NCBI GenBank assembly: GCA_951406725.2 | Contig: OX597817.1 | Span: forward strand, 115,506,001 to 115,570,000 | Source of the DNA: Octopus vulgaris | Lineage: Eukaryota | Length of the DNA stretch: 64,000 bases | Direction of reading: 5' to 3' | Shown: one piece after another, positions 53,038 to 64,000 of the stretch | Layout of the letters: each line of letters opens with the position of its first letter | Position numbering within the stretch: the stretch's first letter is position 1 | Notes under the pieces: generated by a model | Database searches by the model: none | What the model saw: the letters and a program-made list of their open reading frames with translations, nothing else | What the model was told of the DNA's origin: nothing | Program-made: the position numbers and the translations under genes

Positions 53038-53789
53038 ATGTCTATCATGATATGCTAGTATATATGAAACTATACTTCTGCCGAAACTTAAGTACACCAT
53101 TCTCTATATATCAACATACATGGGCATATATGTGAATAAATTGCTTATGTTTCCTTTTACTTATGTATGTGTACATGTGCGTGTATATATACATATCTTT
53201 ATCTTTGATTAGAAAGTAATATAGATTTCACGATGCTTATCTAGTAACAGGTTCATTTATATGGTCCATTTAGGTTATTGGAGTCGTTATAAGCTTGTTT
53301 AGTCTATATGAGCATGAACGTCTCTCTCTTTCTCCCTTTCTCTCTTAATATATATATATATATATATATATAGCTATATCTATACCTATCTATCTATATA
53401 TATATATAGCTATATCTATACCTATCTATCTATATATATCTATCTATCCATATATATATATATATATACATATATACACACATATATATCTGTATGTATG
53501 TTGAAATATATATATTATATATAAAAATATACGCACACACATATATAACTGTATGTGTGTGAATGTGTGTGTATATGCGTATATGGATACACCCCTACAT
53601 ATATATATATATACACGTACATGTATATATAACACATACTCGCGTATATATATATATATGTGTGTGTGTTTGTGTATGTATTGTATGTGTATGAGTATGT
53701 GTGTGTGTTTATGTGTGCATGTGTATTTTATAAACTTGATTTATGACGACATTATATTTAAATCAGTGTCCAGTATTAAAAAATGAAGA

Positions 53790-54650
53790 TGTATGATCCA
53801 CTGCTCATTGGTACCTTGTAACTCACACAAAAATAGTTTATCTTTGAATATATGTTTATCTTAACTTCTGCTGCCAGATTCATTGCAAATGTAAAAGAAT
53901 CGATCTTTGTAAATGTGTGGTTACAATAAACCTTAACAGTATTGGCAATAGTCCTCAGTGGAAGAAAATCATCCGCTTCTTCACTTAGCAATACAGCACC
54001 CTGGATGAAAAGACATACATGGCGGTGTCACATTGTTTAATACTCCGGCCAATAACAGATTAATCATGAGTTGTTGTTATAACTATATCTTGGTATCTCG
54101 AAAATAACTGTAACAACTGCCATCAATATTTGAGTCAGATGTTCTGAATCTATAGGAACAATGGGACAAATACTTGCACCGATCATCCACATCTACATTC
54201 AAGATGTAGTGTAGCCATAAATCGCAAAATTTATGCTGCTGTGATGTATGGAGCAAGACTTAGCCAATAGTATCTTAATAATGTCCCAGTCGTGAATGGT
54301 TGTAGTTTTTCAATTGAGATTGCAATGCAAAATATCTTTATTTATGGTATCCGGTTAGATTTAATTCTATTAGGATCAAAAGAGGTGGAGTTTGAATTTA
54401 TGTTTGCACCTATTGCAGAGCGATGTAGAATCTATTTCTGTCAGCGTGGCACTGAAAACTGGATAGGAAAATAATACGGATGAGAGTGTAAAGGTACTGT
54501 AGCCACCCACCATAACCCACATAGAATCACATATACGCACCGCCTGCTCTGAGGTAGATATAGTGCTGCTGCATGTGCATGAAAATCGTTTCAACCAGAT
54601 ATTGAAAGCTAATCGCTGTTTTCCAGTTGATGAGAACTTCCTTGTTATAT
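53790..54650 (-). mobile_element. Decayed RTE-like LINE reverse transcriptase remnant
   Basis: Colinear but frameshifted traces: LNRI..., AGVL/Q.DT..Y.F, AAEVKINIYSK.NY, K....WI. Confidence 0.4.
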
Positions 54651-55625
54651 TGATAATATTGTCACTTTGTCACTATCAATTTGTATTTCAGTCAACAAAT
54701 GGGTGAAAAAAAAGAAAGTAAGTACTTGACGTGGCAATTTTTTAGCCTTCAAATGCATTGATTTGTTATCGTGATATTTCTTAATCAGATCATTTTACAG
54801 TCTGTTGATAATGTGATGGAAAAAAACAACATATCACAATCAGCACTTGTAGACATCGAGATTTTATTTGCTCCACTTCGCTTAAATGATGAGACGTCTT
54901 TGGCAGAACATCTTTAATAATTAGTAAGATTTTCTTTTCGTGATAAGCGACTTTATATAAAATAAGAAAACAATGTTGTTCGAATTTTCAAACTTAAGTA
55001 AATCATTTGTAAATTCGAGTTCAGGCAGAATGGTCAAGAAACAAAATAAATATAATATAGTAAATAGAAGATAAAAATAAACCTGATAGTAATCATATCA
55101 GGGAAGTGCCTTGTCTGTCAGAATATATTGTAGAAATAAAAGTTAGATAATCTGCGTATAAAATAATTTCCTTTCCGAAGAATTACACTAATATTGGTGT
55201 GTGGTGAAGAGCAATTACAATCATAAGATTTTTCTTTCCGTTTTTTGAAAAGTTGAAACATATTCCTTGTAACAAACCACACAAAATATACTGCAGTTCT
55301 TAACAATTCATAAATATATAATTTCAACCAAAACATAACATTAAAAATTTATATATATTAGCTATCATGGACTAATTATCTTCTTTTACATTCCGAGAAT
55401 AAAAGCTTTCCATGCTAACTTTTTCTTTGATCTGCTTAAAATATTTGCTTGAAACATTCGTTTTATGTTAAAAAAAAAGAACTACTTAATGTAACTCCCA
55501 CACATATACAGTTCACAATTGTTATCAGTATATTTGTTTTTAAAAAGAAGCAATTTAAATTATATTATTTGCTTTTAGAAACCAACAAGTTATAACCGAG
55601 GTTCCGCGTGGGTTCCACATATTTC

Positions 55626-56125
55626 AGCTTCAATTTTCGTTGAAAAAATATTGCAGTGTCACATGTATGTAGGCCGGATGATTAGCAAAGGTATGAAATA
55701 AATATTATCTTGCTACCTTTTCAACGTGGTGTGGAAAGGCGTGTTGTGATGATGCAAAAGCCAATTTCAGTTGCCCTTCGGTTCTGTACTTTAGCTGTAA
55801 ATCTTTCCATGAGTGTTTCAACATAAATCAATTATAAAGACCCACTACACGAATATTTCCAAGTGTTAGTGGTTTAAAGCACTAACGCTTTAAATATCAA
55901 ACAAAAGAGAATAGTCTTGAAGTTGCTTCAATATTATGTTGGAAAATATTGCAAAGTCACGTGTAGGTAGGCCGAATAATTATGCAGAATGTTAAATGAA
56001 CATCATGTTGTCCGTTTTCAAATGTTGCTTCCTTTTGGGGGGAGTTATGGAATGACATGTTGTCAGGATGCAACAACTAATTGCAGCTGCACTTCGGTTC
56101 AGTCCTTTAACCATAAATATTTTCT
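55626..56125 (+). repeat. Diverged ~300-bp-period direct duplication
   Basis: GCTTCAAT...AAATATTGCA..GTCAC.TGTA.GTAGGCCG...GATGCAA...CTTCGGTTC.GT.CTTTA occurs at ~55626 and ~55924. Confidence 0.65.
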
Positions 56126-57949
56126 AAAGCGTTTCCAAACATCACACTAAAACTAGAAACTTGCCAAAAGCGTCTTGAGACAATTGAAGAAACCTGGTAG
56201 CAAATCTGCAGTGATTCAGGCAGAATTTATAAAACGGCATAAGCCATCTTAAAAATGTTAAAGCTGTTCTAAAACAGCGCTACAAAACCTTACGTTCAAA
56301 GTTTAGATAATTTAAAATGCGTGAAGTATATTTGTAGATTGACTCAGTAGACTGGCTGACAATATTGTTATTTGAATATTTATTTCCGCTGTACACTGCA
56401 ATGAAAGAATGTACCTTCTCGAAACCTTCTGATAATTTTTGAGATATATATCTAAATCAATATTTAAATGTGTTATATGCAAAAATAGCTTACTCATTTA
56501 GAAAGTACATCGTTTATATTGTATTAGATTACCCATATATAAGAAACCAACAATACGACAAAGAGAAAAAATTAAGATTTCGTTCATGTTCGGCATATCA
56601 CAAGAACTTGACAAATAAGTGAATTTTAAACGGTGATGTTTTCATTTAATTATCATAAAGAAACGCACACAATTTTAGAAAATGCAATATCTTAAATGTT
56701 ACGTATACTTTTTGTACACTGAGAACATAATATAATTACCAACTTCATAAATATATTTACAAAGTAAATGAAACTAGATGAAATTTTAAGACAAGCTTCA
56801 TGAATATATATTTGAAGATGCAGGTGAAAGAGAAAAGAAAGATTTTCGAGCAAAATAACAAGATTCCACTTCTAAAAATTCACAAATCATTCGTTCATTT
56901 CTCGTTATATTTTTAATTTAATTAAAAAAACAATAGGTTTACTAAGAAATATTGCCGTTTGATAATAGTGTTAATTAAATCAATTGCAATCTAGTGCAAT
57001 TCATCGACATCTTAAAATGCTTCATTACCCTGGGATGATAAATTTCAGTATGCACAAATTGAAGAAAAAATGTTCATTTGGATTAAGAATTGATGAATAT
57101 GGAGAATATGGTTTTTGAGATGATTTTTTTACCTAATATCTCTTAGTTAGTATGTAGCTGACATATTGTTCAAATGACTTATAAAATTAATTCAATCATC
57201 GTAAACATGAATCAGATCTGTTAGACATGTGGAGAAAAATGTGCGTTTGCGATGCATTTCAGTCTCAAGTACACCAGAAAATTGTTTAAACCGCCTGCCA
57301 CGGTTATAATGATTTTAATTATTTTCCATTTATATTATACAATATATTTATATATTTATATGCATTGTCTGTTTTTCTTTCCCGCCTTATGTCCAGTTTG
57401 AAAAGACAAAGAGCAATCATTGAAATATTATCTTAGGAGAGGAAATATATTGTCTGTGTATTTTATTAACACCGTTCCAGTGACAAGATAACAGAAAGTT
57501 AGTCGTAGAATATATTATTTCAGTAAATATTTCGCATTTAATCATGTGCGCACTTTTGATGTTTCTACTTTCGTGGTTTTATATTAGCTTATAACATATT
57601 ATATTAGGGACGCAAACCAATAGTACGTAGTTGTACAGACAAAATTACAAAATCGATTTCACATTTTCCATTCTGTTTTATTGTAAATAACACAATAGTA
57701 AATATTCAACTATAGATATACCTGTATTCACAATTCAATGCAAAATTGTATCCTATTTTGGCTAAAACATACAATGGTCCAGATTTGCAAAATTACTGTG
57801 AAGTGGTTACTCTTTCCTTTCAAATTCCCGCTATTCTGGTGCCAACCAAACAGACACTGACATAAACATACATTTACAATAATGCTTTATATAAAAAAAG
57901 AGAGAGGATGCAGAGCAATATTGTAGTTATGTGTGTATGTACATATCAA

Positions 57950-57989
<40 letters not shown>

Positions 57990-58035
57990 CTTGCATAGCA
58001 AGTGACCTGATGTGAGATCGTGTGTGCTAGAACGA

Positions 58036-58230
58036 AAATAATTGCAGCGTGGAAGGTGTTTATAAGCCATTTAAAACTAACAGAAACCGTTAAATTCACT
58101 TCAACATTTAAATCTAATTTGCCAAAGCGACGAAGATATTTTGGCAAATTAAATTTAAATGTTGAAGTGAATTTAACGGTTTCTGTTAGTTTTAAATGGC
58201 TTATAAACACCTTCAACGCTGCAATTGTTT
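58036..58230. repeat. Near-perfect hairpin (~90-bp arms, 13-nt loop)
   Basis: 58036-58126 is the reverse complement of 58140-58230 with ~3 mismatches. Flanked by (TA)n. Confidence 0.93.
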
Positions 58231-58239
58231 ATATATATG

Positions 58240-58328
<89 letters not shown>

Positions 58329-58944
58329 ATAGAGAGAGAGGGGGGAGAGATAGAGAGTTGTCAGAAAAGTGACAGACTGTCGGGACTAGCGCTGCTTTTG
58401 CTTTAGATAAGAGGTAAGATAACTTAAAATCCACGAAACCACTGTCTTAATGACTGACAAAGGGTGGTAAGTCCCCAAGCTACATAACCGGACCCCGAAT
58501 ACGGATTACCCTGTGTCACATTTGTGACCTCAATTAATTTTGTCTTTAGGTTCTTATTGCTAATAAGTCACACTTTTTGATCTGTCGTTTACACTTTTCC
58601 CGTTTTGAAAATCAGCAAATATTTCCAACGGTTTTCCTTATACGACTGACAGAGTTAATTGAGTTTAAACCAAAACATTAAGAGCCGCTGAATGAGGATT
58701 AAGATGGTTTACATCAAAATCCGAAATCACGATCCAGCTATGTAGGCTGGGCACCTACCTCCATTTGTCATTCATTAAGACAGTGATTTTGTGGCCTTTG
58801 AGTTATTCTAATTCTTATGTTTAGCAAAAGTGGTGCTAATCAGTACCCGCTGTCACTTTCGTGACATCTATTAATATTACTTTTAGGTTCTAATTACTAC
58901 TAAATCACTCATATAAATTTGTTATATATATATATATATATATA

Positions 58945-59155
58945 TAATTAATCCAAACATGAAAACACAAAGAGAAAACACAACAACGCGAGGATGTGGA
59001 ACAAGTATAAAGTTATTGGACGCTCAGGAAAGAAGGAAACAATGAGGGTTCAACGTTTCGAGCGGATCTCTTCGTCAGAAACATAGGAAAAGGAAAGATC
59101 CAAAGATGGGAAGACAGAGGAAAAAAAATCGGCAACGGTACATACGCGGTCACAT

Positions 59156-59222
<67 letters not shown>

Positions 59223-59245
59223 ACCGCGTGTGTACCGTTGGCGAT
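58945..59245 (-). mobile_element. PLE terminal (pLTR-like) fragment with a 25-bp inverted end
   Basis: Contains a hammerhead core. 59128-59152 and 59221-59245 are inverted (23/25) around (AT)n. Confidence 0.55.
59048..59082 (-). ncRNA. Minimal hammerhead ribozyme motif
   Basis: Minus strand TTT-CTGACGA-A-GAG-ATCCG-CTC-GAAAC-GT-T-GAA, with palindromic ACGT in place of stem III. Confidence 0.6.
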
Positions 59246-59300
59246 ATATATATATATACTCATATACATGTGTGTATATGTGTATGTACATAGGCGGAGG

Positions 59301-59334
<34 letters not shown>

Positions 59335-59454
59335 TCATACACATGTGTGTATATGTGTATGTACACAGGCGGAGGCTATATATACATATATATATACATA
59401 GTGAATTGAAGAAATGGAGTTGAACGAAGATTGAACAGAAATCGTTTTATTGCA

Positions 59455-59537
59455 TTCTACACGTGTTTCGAAAGCCACAATTTACCAAATTCCGATTGAA
59501 TAAGGAGACCATATTGTGTCTTTCTCTTCAGGAAGAA
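59455..59537 (-). ncRNA. Hammerhead ribozyme (mirror copy)
   Basis: Exact reverse complement of 61191-61273. Confidence 0.75.
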
Positions 59538-60242
59538 ATAGGAAATCCGTTGGCAAAAACAAAAACAGAACAGAGGCGGAACAAAACAAATCGAACGAGG
59601 CTCCTAAGAGCCCATGGCCAAACTGTTTATCAATGTATGTTGAAATAGGGTGGTGGGTGCGTTGAAGATTTTAACAGGTCAGGCAGCGGTCATTCCGGTG
59701 GGTGAGAGCACGGGGTGCGTAGATGTTCTTTGTGACCGAGACTAAAGTTCTGACTATTTAAAGAATATTAGGTGTATTATATGGGGCGAGCCAAAATCTA
59801 CTTAGAAACATGTGTGTATGTACTGTTCTATATGTGCGCGGCCGCAAGTTGGTAAGAAGCGCTACACACTGGTCACTGCTGAGAAATCCGTCAGGGGGTA
59901 GAAAATATTTTATGTGTTCGTATGTGCGTTTAATCGCGCGGCCGTCAGTTGGTAAACAGCCCTACACAATGGTCACTGCTGAAAATTCCGTCAGGCGGCA
60001 GAAAAATATTTTATGTGTGCGTGTGTTCGTCTAATCATGCCTTGTCAAAGAAACCCCTCGTCGTCAAAACAAAACACCATTCATCTCCTGGGAGTAATTC
60101 CCCTTGCAATATTTCTCTTAACAGCTTTTTCAAAATTTATTTCCAAGGGCTATTTTCATATAAGTAGTGTAACCGGGTGCAGGTATTATTTATAAGCGTT
60201 ATTTATAAGCAAGATAAGTATAACGCCGCCAATGGGGCATCG

Positions 60243-60533
60243 GCCTTACGAATCTCCAACCATTACGCAACTTTTCGAGACGTGAATAAATGCCAGACCA
60301 CGGGACTTAGCAAGCTAATATGGCGATTGAAGAATACGAACTCAAGCTACAGGCTGGAATGGTCAATTTTGTCGGTGCCCCTCCCATTTGATAGGGGCAG
60401 AAGGAAGTGCAACCTTTGTGTCTCCGAGCTCTTCCATATATTGTTCGCCAGAGACCGGATGGTAAACGAACTTTTACAGTCGGCTTTTCGATGCCCCCAT
60501 TGGCGGCGTTATACTTATCTTGCTTATAAATAA
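60243..60533 (+). pseudogene. GIY-YIG endonuclease C-terminal fragment (PLE, Naiad-like)
   Basis: RISNHYATF...TTGLSKLIWRLK...LEWSIL...CNLCVSELFHIL...VNE...CPH, homologous to the 19.9-20.2 kb fragment. The Met at 60177 lies in the inverted arm and is not a real start. Confidence 0.85.
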
Positions 60534-61190
60534 CGCTTATAAATAATACCTGCACCCGGTTACACTACTTATATGAAATAAATTTTGAAAAAGCTGTTAA
60601 GAGAAATATGATTAACCATTGCAAGGGGAATTACTCCCAGGAGACGAATGGTGTTTTGTTTTGACGACGAGGGGTTTCTTTGACAAGGCATGATTAGACG
60701 AACACATGCACACATAAAATATTTTTCTGCCGCCTAACGGAATTTTCAGCAGTGACCATTGTGTAGGGCTGTTTACCAACTGACGGCCGCGCGATTAAAC
60801 GCACATACGAACACATAAAATATTTTCTACCCCCTGACGGATTTCTCAGCAGTGACCAGTGTGTAGCGCTTCTTACCAACTTGCGGCCGCGCACATATAG
60901 AACAGTACACACACACATGTTTCTAAGTAGATTTTGGCTCGCCCCATATAATACACCTAATATTCTTTAAATAGTCAGAACTTTAGTCTCGGTCACAAAG
61001 AACATCTACGCACCCCGTGCTCTCACCCACCGGAATGACCGCTGCCTGACCTGTTAAAATCTTCAACGCACCCACCACCCTATTTCAACATACATTGATA
61101 AACAGTTTGGCCATGGGCTCTTAGGAGCCTCGTTCGATTTGTTTTGCTCCGCCTCTGTTCTGTTTTTGTTTTTGCCAACGGATTTCCTAT

Positions 61191-61273
61191 TTCTTCCTGA
61201 AGAGAAAGACACAATATGGTCTCCTTATTCAATCGGAATTTGGTAAATTGTGGCTTTCGAAACACGTGTAGAA
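61191..61273 (+). ncRNA. Hammerhead ribozyme with extended stem II
   Basis: CTGAAGA-GAAAGACACAAT...ATTGTGGCTTTC (11/12 bp)-GAAA-CACGTG-TA-GAA, with AATAAA 3 nt downstream. Confidence 0.75.
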
Positions 61274-61513
61274 TGCAATAAAACGATTTCTGTTCAATCT
61301 TCGTTCAACTCCATTTCTTCAATTCACTAATAATATTAAAATTCAATTATCCGCACCAACGCATGGTTGCAACACCATATGGTTGTACCTCCAACCGTGC
61401 TGTCTTCTGCTGTGATTTTTGCTACCAAGCTATCGGTTAAACTTTTGATTAATCTGCAACAAGATTATTCATCTTTCTATTCCACAAAATATATATATAC
61501 ATATATATATATA

Positions 61514-62333
61514 AAGGGTGGGGCAGAGAATGGACTTTTTGAAAAATTCACAGAATCATTGATTTTAGATGCAAGCAAATTTTATTGACATCAATCTGTT
61601 TGTATTGAATTAGCATTTGCGAACATCAAGTGTGGAAAGAAGCATCCGTCATGTGGTGTCTGTTATCATTGGTGTATCTGAAGGCGCCCTTGGAAGTTGG
61701 CCTCCTCTGTCTCCAGAATCGCTCTGTCGATTTGTGCAACATTGCTCTCTCGGATTTTCAAGTGACCAATAAGGACAGTTCTGTTAATTCACCTTGCCAT
61801 TAAAATGAAAATGACCTTCATCTGTCATTAACAAAATGGGGTAGTCATTTGCCTCAAAAATTGTTTCCGTCTGACAGGCGAAGTTGAGCCGCTGTGCCTA
61901 CTCCTATGGTTTCAACTGTTGCCCAATGACCAATTTGTACTGGTGGAGATACAGGTCTTCATGCAAAATACGCCTTACCGATGGATTACCGATGAGAAGT
62001 TCAGTGGAATGCCTCCACGTTCCATATCTTCCTGGCTCCGTAACGTTTGTGGCGTCCCACTATTCAATAGTGTACCTCGTGTACGAAGTGCATTTACCAA
62101 ACCTAAGATTGTGTTACGGATGAAAACAGCATGATTTTGGTGACTCGTTATTCTTCTTATAACTGTCGTAGGCAAACACACGATGCTCTATGGTCCAAAG
62201 CGCAATGGTTTCACCTGAATAAAAAAAATGTTAAGACATCACGTACCAAATGGCAAATGTAGGACATATGTCACGCCCTCTAGGGCTGAGTTACAGCCAT
62301 TTCAAAAACGTCCGTCTCCTCTGCCCCTCCCTG
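61514..62333 (-). mobile_element. Tc1/mariner-superfamily transposon, internally deleted
   Basis: TA-flanked TIRs (AGGGTGGGGCAGAG..GGAC.TTTTTGAAA / TTTCAAAAACGTCC..CTCTGCCCCTCCCTG). Minus-strand peptide LMTDEGHFHFNGKVN*QNCPYWSLENP jumps to C-terminal NFQGRL. Confidence 0.8.
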
Positions 62334-63207
62334 TATATATATACACACACACATAACATAATATAATATATTATAATATAAAATAATATAATATAATACT
62401 ACAATCAACAATTTACAGACAGTAACACAAAACAGCCAATTATGTTTTATGTTTTATTTGTACCTTTTCTTCGTGCGTCTACGTATGTGTGTGTATGTGT
62501 GTGTGCGTGTGTGTGTGTGTGTCTGTGTGCATCTGTGTGTATGTATATATATGTATGATATGTGTTTATATGTTTGTGTCTGAAAGGTAGATACAGAGTG
62601 GAAGAAAGAGACATAAAGAGGGAGAGAGAGAGAGAGAAAGAGAGTGAGAAGAGAGAAGAGTAGATGATGGAGCAGAGTGGAAGCTCCGGGAGTCGACTTG
62701 AGGAAAGATGGAGATGGAAACTCAGGCAGGTGCTAATATCGTTTTGTATTCTTATATTGAGAAATCGAAATCCTGTGAAATAGCTGAAGCAAAGTCGCAC
62801 TTACCCAAGGTCCCCGAAGGCAGAGTATCTGGTATAATATTCCTCTTCAAATTGTTTTGAAGTATTTTCCACCAGAACAATAAAGCTCACTGAGACCTGC
62901 CAAGAAGTAGAGGTTTCAGCTTCACAGACACAAAAAAAAGCATTTGTAGACAATATCTAAATTGTTGCGACCTCACTCGCCAGTATACAGATTTTCCAAT
63001 CTACAGAAATCACGTCTTGTGTAAGTATATATATGTATTTACATATACATACGTACATACACACATACATATATATATACATACGCACATACAGTCATGT
63101 ATATATATATGTATATATAAATATATAAATGTATATAAAAATAAATATATATCTCTATCGATCTATCAATCTATATTTATATATATATCATACATTCCTT
63201 TTATATA

Positions 63208-64000
63208 CATGGTGCGTCGAGTATTTGAAGACATTTCGTTTGTAGTTCATTAAACCTTCAAATTAATTAATGCATCATTTGTTTTTTTTTTTAAATAACC
63301 CTTTCAAGATATCATGTTAACTCGTGAAAGGAGAAGTCATGCAGTCATAATTGTTATACATGCAAACCACAGTGACTTAGAAATTGGCAACTTCCTAAAT
63401 GTTGCAAAATCATTTTTACACGAAGTTCAGTTGAAACTGGAAGCACTTGATGATAATAGTTCGCCTGTATAAAAGAAAAAAAAATCATTCACAACGCTCA
63501 GACACTAAAAGGACATCGGAATTTATACATGTTGAAAACTTTATCGATGAAAACCCCAGAAGACCAATGAGGTCAATCGCTATAAAACCTCAGGTGTCAA
63601 GAGTGGACTATCAGAACTGCGGTACATCGTGACATTCGATACAAGTTCTATGTAATGAGGAAATGCGAATTCTTGTCTGCAAAGACACAGGAAAACCGTC
63701 TCATCCGTTTAAAACGGTTACTTAACAAAGGGAAAAAACTCTCATGAACAAGTCATGCTTTGGTTTTTCTCGGACGAAAAAATCTTTGACCAGGATCAAA
63801 AGTCTAACAGAACAAATGACATGTGGTTATATGCAGATCCTAAAGGACTCAGAGTGATACATACGAAATTTCCCGCAACTGTAACGGTTTTAGGAATGGT
63901 GAGTAGCGAAGATCATGTGATGTCTCCCCACTTTTTTCCACAGGGTCTTAGAATTAATGCTGCAGGATACATTGAGGTACTAGAAAATGTTATCAAGTCA
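63208..64000 (+). mobile_element. maT/DD37D-like Tc1-mariner transposon, decayed, runs off the window
   Basis: From ATG 63314: HSDLEIGNFLNVAKSF, IDENPRRPMRSIA, WFFSDEKIFDQDQKSNRTND.W, TKFPATVTVLGMVSS, PHFFPQGLRINA..YIEVL. Frameshifted. Confidence 0.85.

Larger units (their letters stand above)
59399..61490 (+). mobile_element. Young 5'-truncated Penelope-like element with an inverted 3' copy (fold-back)
   Basis: 59399-60242 is the reverse complement of 60489-61329 (few substitutions, two small indels). The 246-bp spacer carries the GIY-YIG C-terminus. An unduplicated tail follows at 61330-61490. Confidence 0.9.

Noticed and set aside
58504-58910. ~70-bp diverged direct repeats as LTRs
   Set aside because: No TG..CA ends, PBS/PPT or TSD; left unclassified.
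60605-60670. SECIS-like ATGA-N11-AA hairpin after the GIY-YIG stop
   Set aside because: The 3' GA of the quartet is not correctly placed, and the ATGA segment is absent from the other arm.
59463-61265. Paired identical ORFs 59463/61080 and 59810/60694
   Set aside because: They are mirror products of the inverted repeat, antisense to the PLE 3' region, with no protein motifs.

Overview
This is AT-rich eukaryotic DNA dense in microsatellites. The SINE families resemble octopus (cephalopod) repeats as I recall them, so the organism is an inference. I cannot support any host protein-coding gene; almost all recognisable coding sequence comes from mobile elements. (1) R4/Dong-type non-LTR retrotransposons (RT plus restriction-like endonuclease, RLE) are inserted in (TAA)n. 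They include an ~11-kb same-strand train of at least 8 insertions from several families (23.1-33.9 kb) with one near-full-length, frameshifted copy. (2) Penelope-like element (PLE) remnants include fold-back inverted repeats and minimal hammerhead ribozymes; the clearest is a 1.9-kb near-perfect hairpin at 59.4-61.3 kb. (3) A ~1.15-kb element encoding only a gag-like/CCHC protein is inserted with a 16-bp duplication into the tRNA-like head of a SINE, and a second related copy is stacked at the same site. (4) DNA transposon relics include a hAT element with TIRs and an 8-bp TSD, and mariner, pogo-like and maT/Tc1-type elements. (5) There are many tRNA-derived SINEs and simple repeats. Most short ORFs in the supplied track are artefacts of microsatellites or of inverted repeats.
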